From Chlorokybus atmophyticus (Eukaryota; Plantae; Mesostigma and Chlorokybus algae), in NCBI GenBank assembly GCA_009103225.1, contig RHPI01001553.1, positions 1-64,000 on the forward strand: DNA of 64,000 nt, read 5' to 3'. A program made the position numbers and the translations under genes. The notes under the pieces were generated by a model. It searched no databases and was not told the origin of the DNA. It saw only the letters and a program-made list of their open reading frames with translations. Shown here piece after piece: positions 44,351-56,412 of this stretch. Within the stretch, counting starts at the first letter, position 1. Each line of letters opens with the position of its first letter.

Positions 44351-47300
44351 GACCGCCATGTGTCCTTCCAGGAGCTCGAACACCTGGCTGGGGGGTGGAT
44401 TGCTCGCTTTTCAGAGACCAAAGCAGCACACACCGCCCTCGAGACCGCCCACATGGAGGAGCAGGCAGCAGTCACTGTGGAAGACATTCCAGTGGTCGCC
44501 AACGCTACCTCGTGGTCCCACGCCATTGGACCGCTGGCCACAGGCCAGACTCGAGAGCAACTCGAGGCTCTCCTCAACAAGTGGAGGAGCCAATTCAGTT
44601 TCAGTGTGAAGGAGCTGGGCATCTGCTCAGCATACCAGATGGACATTGAACTAGTGGACACCGAACCGGTGTTCAGAAGACAGTACCGCCTCTCCAAGCT
44701 AAAAGAAGACTTGGTGGAACAGAGGTGCAAGGCGCTGCTAGATGCAGGTCTGATCGAGGAGTCCACATCGGACTTTGCGGCCGCGACCGTCATGCCCCTG
44801 AAGAAAGATTCAGCAGGCAACTGGATAGACCGGCGCATGTGTGGCGGCTATCGCCCCCTCAACAACAAGACCAAGCAGGACAGGTATCCGATGCCTGCCG
44901 CAGAAGGCATCTTTGACGATGTAGGAGACTGCACGGTCTATAGTATCCTGGATATGCGCCAAGGGTACAACCAGATCGCCATCAAGGAGGAGGACAAGCA
45001 CAAGACTTCCTTCTGGGGAAACCGGCAGCTGTACCAGTGGAAGGTCATGCCCTTCGGACTGAAGAACGCTCCGGCCAAGTTCCAGCGCGTCATGGACAAA
45101 GCCCTCAAGGGGTTGGACTTCGCGCGCTGCTACATCGACGACATCCTCATCTTCAGTCACAGCAATGAGGAGCATCTCCAGCACATCGAAGAGGTGCTAC
45201 AGAGGCTGAAGGAAGTCGGGATGACGGTGCACCCTGACAAGTGCACCTTCTTCACCCACAAGGTACCCTACCTAGGACATATGATTGTGCCCCATGGTGT
45301 GTATGTACAGCAGGCCAAAGTGGAAGCACTGGTGGCTATCCCTGCCCCCACAGACCTCACGCGACTGCGGGCCTTCCTCGGCCTTGCCAACTATTACCGA
45401 CGGTTTGTCAAAGACTTTGCCAAGATCGCAAGGCCTCTCAACGAACTACTGAAGAAGGACACCGAGTTCGTGTGGAAGAAGGCACAACAGGAGGCCTTTC
45501 AGGAACTGAAGCTCCGCCTTACCACAGCTCCCATTCTGCAACGCCCTGACTACACCAGGTCGTTCATCCTGCACACAGACTGGAGCAAGCTTGGCATGGG
45601 GGCCGTGCTCGTACAGCATGACAACAACAAGAAGGAGCGCGTAGTGTCGTACGCCAGCCGCAGCAACAACAGTGCTGAGGCCAACTACAGCAGCTACGAA
45701 GGGGAGTGTCTCGCCGCAGTGTGGGCCATCTCCTTCTTCCGACCCTTTCTGTTTGGACGGCAGTTCCAACTGGTCACTGACCATCAACCCCTCAAGTGGC
45801 TAATGAACAACCAGCACTTGACAGGAAAGTTAGCACGATGGGCGCTGCTGCTCCAGGAGTACGACTTCGAGGTGGAACACCGCGCAGGCCTTGCCAACCA
45901 GGATGCGGATGGCCTCAGCCGTAACCCCCACCTCAGCACCAACGACGCCACAGGCGCCCGACATGAGTTGGGTCCTACAGCTGCACCTGCAGGTGTGGCC
46001 ACCATGTTCGCTGTCGCTGCGCTACGCTCAGGACGCAGGACTCAGATCGCTGAGGCAGCAGCAGACGGGGACATGCCCGCTCTCGAGCCCGCCATCACCA
46101 CCACCGATCCTTTATCAGAAGAAGCAATCGCTGCCGACCCTGGGGTGGATGATGAGGAGCTGGCACCCACCGACACACGACAAGACATCTGGCTGGACGA
46201 GCCATCGCTCGCACTGCTTCAGACTGGACAACTTCCAGTAGGCATGAGCGCACGCGAGAAGGACCGCGTCCGGCAACGCACTCAGCGTTACCGCTGGGCC
46301 AACGACAGGTTGTAATGACGGATACAAGATGCAGATCAGGAGGTCCCCACACCAGCTGCACGAAGGCATCATCTCCTCCCTTCACACCGAGCTCGGGCAC
46401 TTCGGTGTCAAGCGCACGGTTAGCCTGGTCAGGACCCGGTACTGGTGGTATGGGGTGCACAGACAGGTGCGGGAGTTCGTCAGCAACTGTCAGCAGTGTG
46501 ACATGGTTCGCGCCAGCCTCAACACGCGCAATGCCACCTTGCATCCCCTTCCCATCTCCGGGTTGTTCTACCGCTGGGGACTGGACATCCTTGGAGACCT
46601 AGCGCCCTCAGCACGAGGCAACCGCTACATCCTCGTTATGATCGAGCACTTCTCCAAGTGGGTGGAGCTGGTGCCCCTGCCCGACAAGAGCAGTGAGGGA
46701 GTAGCCCAGGCTTTCCTCTCCCATGTACTCGGACGTTTCGGCAGCTGCGCTGAAGTCATCACCGACCAGGGTACGGAGTTCAGAGGAGCCTTCGACAAGC
46801 TTATCGACAGGTGCTTCATCAACCATCGTCGCACCTCACGCGACCACCCGCAGGCCGACGGCCTCGCCGAACGTACCGTGCAGACCATCAAGAAGGCACT
46901 GCGCAAGTACGTCCTTGCCTACGAGAAGAATACCTGGGATGATCACCTCCCATGGGTAGCAATGGGCTACCGGCTGTCCAAGCAGGCAGCCCTGCGAGAG
47001 TACAGCCCATACTATCTACTGTTCGGAAGGCAGCCACTGCTCCCTTTCCGCGCACAGCAGGAGGTCGACAGAGTGGTGGACAATCTCGATAACCCCGACG
47101 AGATGTTGTATGATCTGACAGTGCGCAGTGCGCTGTTCGAACACACAGTCCCCATGGCCTTCAACAACCTGCGCATCGCGCAGCACCGCGACACGCTGCG
47201 TTATGAGCGTGTGCGCAGTGGTTTCTACAAGGAGCGGGAGCGCCGCTTCGAGTCAGGAGACTTCGTCTACCGTATGGCGTCCACACGCGACACCCTCGAT

Positions 47301-47645
47301 ACCTCCGTCGGGCGTGCTGTTTACAAGGTATTGAAGGTGCACCCCACAGGGGTACTGGACCTGTTGGGACAACGAGGCGAGCGCATGAAGGACAACATGG
47401 TCAATTGTGCGCCCTGTCATCTCCCCTACATTGCTGGCTTCACCCAGATCCAGCACCCGCGTCCGCTGCGCAGCACCCGATGCGAGAAGTGTGGCAGCGC
47501 CGACGACGACCCATTGATGATGTTATGCGATGGCTGTAATCAAGGCATGCACTGCTACTGCCTTGACCCTCCACTGGACGCAGTACCCTTGTGGGAGTAC
47601 TGGTGCGATGACTGCCGCATGAACGGTCCCCCACACAGTCGGTAG
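43799..47645 (+). pseudogene. pol: Gypsy B pol: DNMT C-half, RT, RNase H, integrase, C-terminal PHD finger (break near 46315)
   Basis: ORFs 43799-46315 and 46329-47645. PHD: CEKC...LCDGCNQGMHCYCLDPPLDAVPLWEYWCDDC (C4HC3). Confidence 0.92.
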
Positions 47646-47696
47646 GAACTGAGTTCTGCAGCAGAGGGCTACCCCAGAATCTCAGGGGGGGTGGCT

Positions 47697-48821
47697 TGTT
47701 GACTGTGTGCACTACGACACAGTCTGTACACAAAAGTGGCGAGCAACATCGGCTCGTCCACTGCACTAAACACCGCGTAGGCTCATCTTCAAGCCTATGC
47801 CCACGATTGGGGGGTTGGCTGTTGCTTGCATGACTCCAATGCAGTGCACGGCACTAGCATGCGTGCAGCACTAGCACTCCTCTGCAGCCTGTCCGAGACA
47901 AGGTTGCCCTCGACCATGACAGGCACGACAGCTGTCATGCCATCTACCCTCGCATGCCAGTTCTTCTCAAGCATGCCTACACCCAGCCCCACGCCCGGGC
48001 TACCAGCATGAAGACCGCGCGAGCCCCAGCCTACTGCTAGCTACTGTATCACTCATGTAGCATGTAGCTAGGGCTACTTTATAGACCTGTCTGTAGGGAC
48101 CGCGCGTAGCTGATCAGTTGCAAGTCTGTTAAGAACACATGTGCTATATCAAGTCTTAGGAGATTTCCGAAATAGCATGAGGCCTCGATGTGACCGTTGG
48201 CCTAGTGCCCGCGTGGCACTGCACAGTCATGATTTGACATGTATAAGTAGGAAGTCACGTCACCAGACTGGCTGGTGACACTGTAAGTGAGTACTGTGAG
48301 TACTAGAAGTACTAAGAAGTAAAGACTCTGTTTCTAAAGAGCTTGTGAAGCGATTTGAACTGGAAGCACGCTGCCCCGGTTGCCAAGAATTCCCTTACTG
48401 CGTGAGACACGGTGCATGCTCTTGTGCGCTGTGCCTGCCATTGCTGTGAGCTTGACGGTGGTGTGTTGTTTCAGTAGTCAGGGTGTTGTATCCACGTGTT
48501 GCACACTCATTCACCTCACTTAACAGTGTATCATTCTATCCACTCATGCAAAGAACTGTGTCCACAGCACTACCTATCGTAGTGGCTTGTTGACTGTGTG
48601 CACTACGACACAGTCTGTACACAAAGGTGGCGAGCAACATCGGCTCGTCCACTGCACTAAACACCGCGTAGGCTCATCTTCAAGCCTATGCCCACGATTG
48701 GGGGGTTGGCTGTTGCTTGCATGACTCCAATGCAGTGCACGGCACTAGCATGCGTGCAGCACTGGCACTCCTCTGCAGCCTGTCCGAGACAAGGTTGCCC
48801 TCGACCATGACAGGCACGACA
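47697..48821 (+). repeat. Gypsy B 3' terminal repeat region with A-B-A structure
   Basis: 240-bp direct repeat at 47691-47930 and 48582-48821 around a ~650-bp unique segment containing TTTTATA. Outer ends read TGTTG...CGACA. Confidence 0.75.
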
Positions 48822-50020
48822 ACTTCTCGGAGCCGTCGGCATTCACACACAATGCTATTGTGAACCTATCCTTCTCTCTCTTCCCCCCTCTCGCTTCTTC
48901 ACTTGCAGTGACCAATGTGCGGCGTGGACGAGCCCGGTAGAACACCCCGCTCTCATCCATGTTGAAGGTGTTGGTAGCGCCGTAGTCTTCAAGAATCTCT
49001 GGCAAGTCAGCTTGGGCCATGTCGACCCCTTCTTCATCTGCATCGTTGGCCTCCCCGTGCAATGGTTTAGCGGAGATGCCATGACGCTTCTTGAACCGAT
49101 TCACCCACCCGTGTGATGCATTGAAGTCCTCTATGTTCAACTTGCTAGCAAAGTCCTTGCCCTTCTCTATCAATATCGCGTCTGTGATGGTGGCATTGCG
49201 AGCCCGAGCTTGTACAAACCATGCATACAATGCATCCTCCAACTTGGGATGTGCTGCAAGCCGCATGCGCTTGGTACTTGCAGCGAAATTACCACCCTGA
49301 GCTAGCGTCTCAACTATCTTATCACGGCCAGTCAGCAACTTGGACAATGCACTCTGTTTGATATCCAATTTCAACTTAGATTTGACAATAGCAATGAAGT
49401 CCGCTTGCCTAATGTTGGTGTTCTCGCACAACTCATTATACAACTCTAATATGCGCTTCTTGTCCTTGAGAGTGATGTTGCTACGCTTAGCGGGCTGTGG
49501 TGCAGACATGATGACCTACAAAACGCACAGAATGGCCTTGGTGTTCACGTGAACAATCACAACAATGCACACATACACACGCGCATGTGCACAACACACA
49601 CCTTAGCACAAGCCCTCCAAAGCTTGAAGCAGCTGTTTCCACCGTCAAGGCGTCTACTGCTACCTATCTACACCTTTGCCCCCGCCGCCGCCAACCCTCG
49701 CGCCGCCGCCGCCGCCGCCGCCGCCGCATGGGGATAACCAGTGCCTCTGCAACTGACGTGGCGGCTTAAGGCACAGAAGCACTTGCATGGGCACAAGGGC
49801 ACAAGATCAAGTGCTTGCTTGTGCCCTTGCGCACAGCACTGCTACCCCCGATAAGAGCATATTACCACTGGGATTTTCATGCGGTAACATTATTCTTATT
49901 ACGTACAAGACTATTCCACTAAGTGAAGATATTTACCTGTAAAACCATTGGTCTTTTCATAATCTATGATCTTAGCGGGGTTATTCCCTTACAGCGAATT
50001 CCTTTAACGGGGGTAGACTG
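48822..50020 (-). mobile_element. Second copy of the pogo/Tigger element, truncated at 48822
   Basis: Same TIR and flank (TA at 50021). ORF 49509-48822 extends through RFKKRHGI and FNMDESG (first catalytic Asp) to DGSEKL. Confidence 0.88.
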
Positions 50021-52077
50021 TACCTCGTAACCGGTACCGGTCGCACCAAGTGAAGGGTGCGACTGGTTAATCGACATTCGTTAACCGGTTGCACCTGCGA
50101 CCAGTTAACAAATATTGGTTAGCCAGTCGCACCTTCTGGTGCGCAGCATGTGCGACCGGCACATGCTGCGCAGCAAAAGGTGCGACCGGTCACCTTTTGC
50201 TGCGCAGTAAGATGTTAACACATAAAATGCAACTAGTCACCGTTATAACTGCAACACGTACGCGTAGTGTCGTCGGTAGAGTGTGACGTTGGCAGCCTCC
50301 GCGCCCGCGTTCGAATTCCGCCGAGAAAGGCATCAGACGGTAATACGATCGCAATCGCCGATTTTTCTTTGAATATGGTTGATATTTAGCCATTTAACTA
50401 CCATCCATAGTTAGGTTCGGTGATAAACCACGTACACGGTACCTCGTATTACATTGCATCGGACTGCGAGGGTGCCGCGTACCCTGGCGCAGAAACGGCC
50501 AGACCAGCGGTGAAAATCGAGGAAATGCGAACCATGATTGGTTATCGCGGCTTCACGTCAGACTTTAACCCTGGTTCGCGGCTTCCACCGCCCGCTATTG
50601 CCCCCTGATGCGGACGTCCGCGCCATACATAGTTATATAAAGTTTTCCGCGGTGTTTGCATGCCTTGCACAATCATGATCAGGGTTGTGGGCATTCACAG
50701 CTTGCTGTTGGGTGAGTGCTTGCAGCACGTAAATCCGCTTTACTTTGTAAACTTGAACTACACATGAACACTGTGCATGACCGCTGTGTGCACGTTTACA
50801 TTCATCCTTGGTCAAGGAGCTTGTTGATTGATCACAGCCTCATACCTAGCTTAAGGGGACCACTCAGTTCGTTTTCCCTTACCAATTTCCTACCTTGCAT
50901 CCACACCTATCCCCAAACGCACCACAGCATCCCTTTGCCTGGCACACGCGCACATCATACCGGGAGTGTCCCCTCCCCTGCGAGACCTATCCCGTAGTCG
51001 AGGCTTGCCTGCACGACATAGACAGCAACCACCTACCTGCCTAGCACTGGACTCAACTCGACAGTAGCTTCACTAGTACTGTGGCTTCCGCGAAATTTAC
51101 CTTTGGTCTGGCTTACGCGTCCGGTTAAGGTCACACCTTGTGAACGACGCCCACGGCCAGCATGCAGTGGGCAGGTTTGGCAAAGCATAGCTCACGCAGC
51201 TTGTGCCGCGCATGGTGCGCATCATTCAGAGTAACAAGTATGGCACTGTTAATCGCAACCATGTAACCCCCCCCCTCACTCCATGTCATGGCGAAGCAAC
51301 CAGGCGGCCCTCGCGCGCAGAAACTGCCGCCCCTAGTGTTGGGCATCAACCCCAAGTGACCGCTGTTAATGTTAATGGTGGATTGCTTAACGTTAACGCT
51401 GGTTAATGATACTCATGTGCTTGAGCGTAGTTCCAGCGTACTGAACGTGTCATGCATACACCGCGCATACCGGTACTTGTAGCGTAATTTAGGGTTACTC
51501 TTCGCTTCACTAGTGTAGCTTGGACGTAACTCAAGATGTGTGGTACGTAGCCGACTATTCGTTAACTTTTGGGGTCACCTGATAACGGTGAACGTTATCC
51601 TGTGAACAGGGTAATGGTTAACGGGTTAACGGCTGCCGAACACTAGCCGCCCCTACTACAGCCAATGGGCTGATCAGGTGTGCCGCAGGCTGCGTCACCC
51701 TGGACGCTTGGTGGCCACAAACGGCAACGGTTCCCCCAGCAGGACAGTGTGTCTACCGGGTATTAGACACTGTCTACTAGACTCTGGACAGTGTTTAGTC
51801 TGTTTGCCGTTTGCGCAGCTGCAACACTAAACAGCGGTCTAACAGCTTGGGTGGAGTCAAATGGAGAAGCGCACCAGCACGATGCTCCACTCATTCGGCT
51901 GCTAACACTGATTGTCTTCCAAGAACTGCGATGTATAATCCATTTGCGCTAAGTATCGGTGTGGTAGCAGTCAAAGTGATCGTTAAGAGCAATTGTAGTA
52001 TGGCAAGCCTTCCAAACCTCGTACCGCAAAATCGCGCGCGGTTTAACGATCAACTGACCACATGCCGAGCCCAACAA

Positions 52078-54014
52078 TAGGGCCGGCGGCCGATGGTTAA
52101 GCAGCCGTTGCCTTTATAATATTTGCACAAGAATGATTGGCAATGATGGGCATTTTGCCGCACGTATGGCGACGGTGGGTTGCACCGTTTACATCAAATT
52201 CGTCAAACGCCATTCTCCACCAGATGGCGGTCAAACGACGCGTTTTTCGTTTAGTTTAAATCTTAACGTTAAGGTGTTTTAGGTTAGCATTATTTTACTG
52301 ATTAGAACCTATCGGTTACCCACTTGCTTTTGTCATAACATAACGTGGCAGGAACGTTATCAATAAGCTTTATTAACGCTAGAATGGCGCTAACATCAGG
52401 CGGAGAAGTTCGCCGAATGTGTCCAAACATTCAGCAACATTCAGTAGTATTAATATTGAATTCATAATAATTATGTACATTATGTATAACATATACCATA
52501 TAGATATGAACATTACATATAGAACTTGCGCTTTTACGATAATATTGATATCTCTATACAATATATATATATATATGTATATGTATATATTATATCCTTA
52601 CCGGTCTATACAGTATGGATATGTTTATCAGTACATACATATATATATATATATATGTGTGTGTACAAGAATATATAGTTTTCAAGCAATTGCATGTGGT
52701 GGAGATATGCTTTGGACGGCTAAGATTTAATCAGAGTAGATCGAACGGCTGGCAGTTGACAGAAGTCGCCCGGCCAATGAGCGGCAGGTAGGCGCGCATA
52801 CTGCCGCGCAGCCCGGCAGTCGCGGCTGCCGTAATTAATGGGCCACTGATGGCCCTTCAACACCTAACACCTGCTAATGCCGGCCGGCCGGCCGGCCGGC
52901 CCCCCCCCGCCTAATCAGCCGCACCCCTAGTTGATCAAGCGACCCTGCTAAGAGCAGTGCTATGATATCTGTGTGGGTAGCTACCCACACAGATATTATG
53001 GCTACACAAGGCCATGGCCAAGGCGCGGCATATACGGTGTGACATATCTGTGTGGGTAGCTACCCACACAGATATTATGGCTACACAAGGCCATGGCCAA
53101 GGCGCGGCATATACGGTATGACATACCTCATGTGTCATGTTTGGGGCATGCAAGGGAGGCGAGGGAGCCCGCGGCCTGGTGCATGCATCGCTTACTTGCC
53201 TTTGCTCATAGTACCGATGACACGTGTAGGCAGCCAGGATGCCGCATCTCAAGCACGTATCAGGTATTCCGAGCCACATGGATTCGTGCGTGAGAATGCG
53301 GCGGGTTCCCGCCCGCCCACTCGTGTAGCAGGTGGTAGGGACTTCTTTTTGCCGGCATGTTGTGTCAGCCCGACACTGACAGCAACAGGGCATGTCACGT
53401 CAGAGGAGGCGGTCGCCATGTGTCCGACTAGGGGCTAACCCTATAATCAACCGTCTATTACAATATACAGTGTAGTAAATGGCACGAGAGACCCTATAGT
53501 CTATAGGGTCTCTCTATAGGCTATAGCCTAGAGACCCTAAGCCCGTTCAGACAGCGTCAGCCGACAGCAGCTTGCGAAGTTCGGGCCAGCTTGCAAAGTT
53601 CGGGCCGGCTGACAGTTTTCACATGCACTGCAAAAACTTAACTTGACGTACTAACACTTCCGTGGTGGCGCCAGCTCTCACACGCCGACTACTGTACGGA
53701 CAGGTAGGATTCGGCTTATCAAACTGGGAGCCGCCATACGAAGTTTTGATTATTAGTGTCCGGTAGCCGTTAGACGAAAGTTAGCAAATAACAATCAAAC
53801 AATGGATATGACTACCGCGCAGAGGCCCTTGAAGGCCTGCAACGGCTATACTCCACGACTTCAAACGACAACCTGCCGCGCCCGCGGTGGAAAAACTCAT
53901 ACAAAGTTAACTCGGCAAAGTCCCCAAAGGCCGAATCACACCTGCTAGTACGGTAGCAGTTAGGCCCTAGCCCTAATTAACGTTACATAACCCTAACGCT
54001 AACCCTAACCCTAG
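52078..54014. other. Palindrome-rich non-coding region, probable non-autonomous DNA element remnants
   Basis: Perfect 32-bp palindrome inside a ~75-bp tandem duplication (~52965-53117), GCCGGC palindrome (~52880-52898), hairpin GAGACCCTATAG-T-CTATAGGGTCTC (~53488-53512), degenerate CCCTAA units at 53988-54013, AT-rich core at 52400-52700. Confidence 0.5.
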
Positions 54015-54275
54015 TTGATCTGCCGCAAGCAGGAAACGTTGCATCCCCTGGCTTACGAATACCGCCCCGTTGACAATCCTTGACAATGGAATTAAGTACG
54101 TGTAGTTGTAGTGCCGCTCTTGGCACCTGGGAAGTGGAAGGGGGGCAGGCGGCCGACTACCCTGGCAGCAGAGACAAGCTCTGGCACCACGGCGTGCCGC
54201 AGCGGTGGTAGGCGAACAACTGCGGCAGGGCGACCACCTCTTCGGATCGGATTAACACTTGCACGGGTGCGAACG

Positions 54276-55254
<979 letters not shown>

Positions 55255-56412
55255 NAACATGTATTGGTGCAGCTCTAGATTTGTAATTGAGTATTGATTG
55301 CAAGTAGTCGCAATACCTGCAGCTGCCAGCACTTGCCGTAGCTTTTCCAGTGGTTGTCTTTGCGTCTCCACAAGTACTCACGGATGTTGCCTTCATATGC
55401 CGCGGTCATGCTGTGTCAGAGGTCACCGCTGCTAGTGTCACTGCCGCAGAGTCTTACAATTACTGTGCAGCAATGCTGACGCACAACTGCGTGCTCGCAG
55501 TTCTTATCCCTGTATTATTTGCTTTGGGCCAACATTAACAACATTGTGGTGGAAGTTGGGACCGTCCACGCTGCGCATGCTTAAGAAGAATTCTCTCACA
55601 TGCACACAGGCAACTGATTGAAGCTGGCCGCAGTAAGTACTGGTGTCTTCCATCTGTTCTGCATTCGCTTGACAATCTTGCTGCCAAGTATCGCATGTAG
55701 CCGTGCACAGTACTGTGACTAGTCTCCTTCTGCCACCTCATGACAACCCATGTGATTGCACATGCAGATGGTGTTTGGTTGTGTGGCAACCCCGGCGATA
55801 TGTACTATGCCGGCGCCGAGCATGCACATGCATAACCGAAATAGCTGCTACTTGGGACGACAAACCAAGCCTGCGGCTTGCGTTGGCATGCTTGAGCGCT
55901 GTCTGGAGACAGTGTCAGGACAAGGACGAACCAGCAACAGGAGGTTGCTTGCAAGGTAAGATTGGAAAGAGACAGCCAGTTCCAGCGGTGCACCGCGTGA
56001 TAGCTTAGTTACACTGCAGTCGTTGGCCTTTCGGATCGGACAGTACTCCAATCTTTGCGACGTTTCAGTAATTCATGTATTTGCGTTTACAACAGCATGC
56101 TTTGCAGCAATCAATGGGGCAGGCATTTGGTGTAGGTCTATGCGCAGACGCAAGTGACCCCTAGCTGCTGATTCACCGTGGTAGTCAGTCACTTTCCTCA
56201 CTGAGTCATCAGATGTCGCTTGCCCAGTGGCTGTTTTCTCGACAGGTGTTTCACTGCTGCAGCTACGACTAGTGCGAGAGGGCCAGGTGCTGTTTATGCA
56301 TCACTCGGCGCTGAGAGCGAGCGCACAGCACAGGTAGTACAGATGAAGCCTACTCTGCACTGCTTACAGGCGCAGGACACAACGAGTTCTGTGCCTTTGT
56401 TAGAAGCAACAC

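Larger units (their letters stand above)
39685..48821 (+). mobile_element. DNMT- and PHD-encoding Ty3/Gypsy element B (5' end lost at the N join)
   Basis: Double Zn knuckle (~39880-40010), long spacer, protease LDTG (~42657), DNMT (43370-44350), RT YIDD (~45130), RNase H, integrase HHCC/DDE (46380-46900), PHD finger, PPT AGGGGGGG at 47684-47691, LTR starting TGTTG at 47697. A few stops and frameshifts. Confidence 0.92.

Noticed and set aside
47697-48821. Classification of element B as DIRS/Ngaro because of the split repeat
   Set aside because: It encodes an aspartic protease and a DDE integrase and has a PPT; no tyrosine recombinase seen.
52078-52929. hAT MITE bounded by imperfect TAGGG termini
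   Set aside because: Flanks CCCAACAA and GTTGATCA do not form an 8-bp TSD, and the TIR match is poor.
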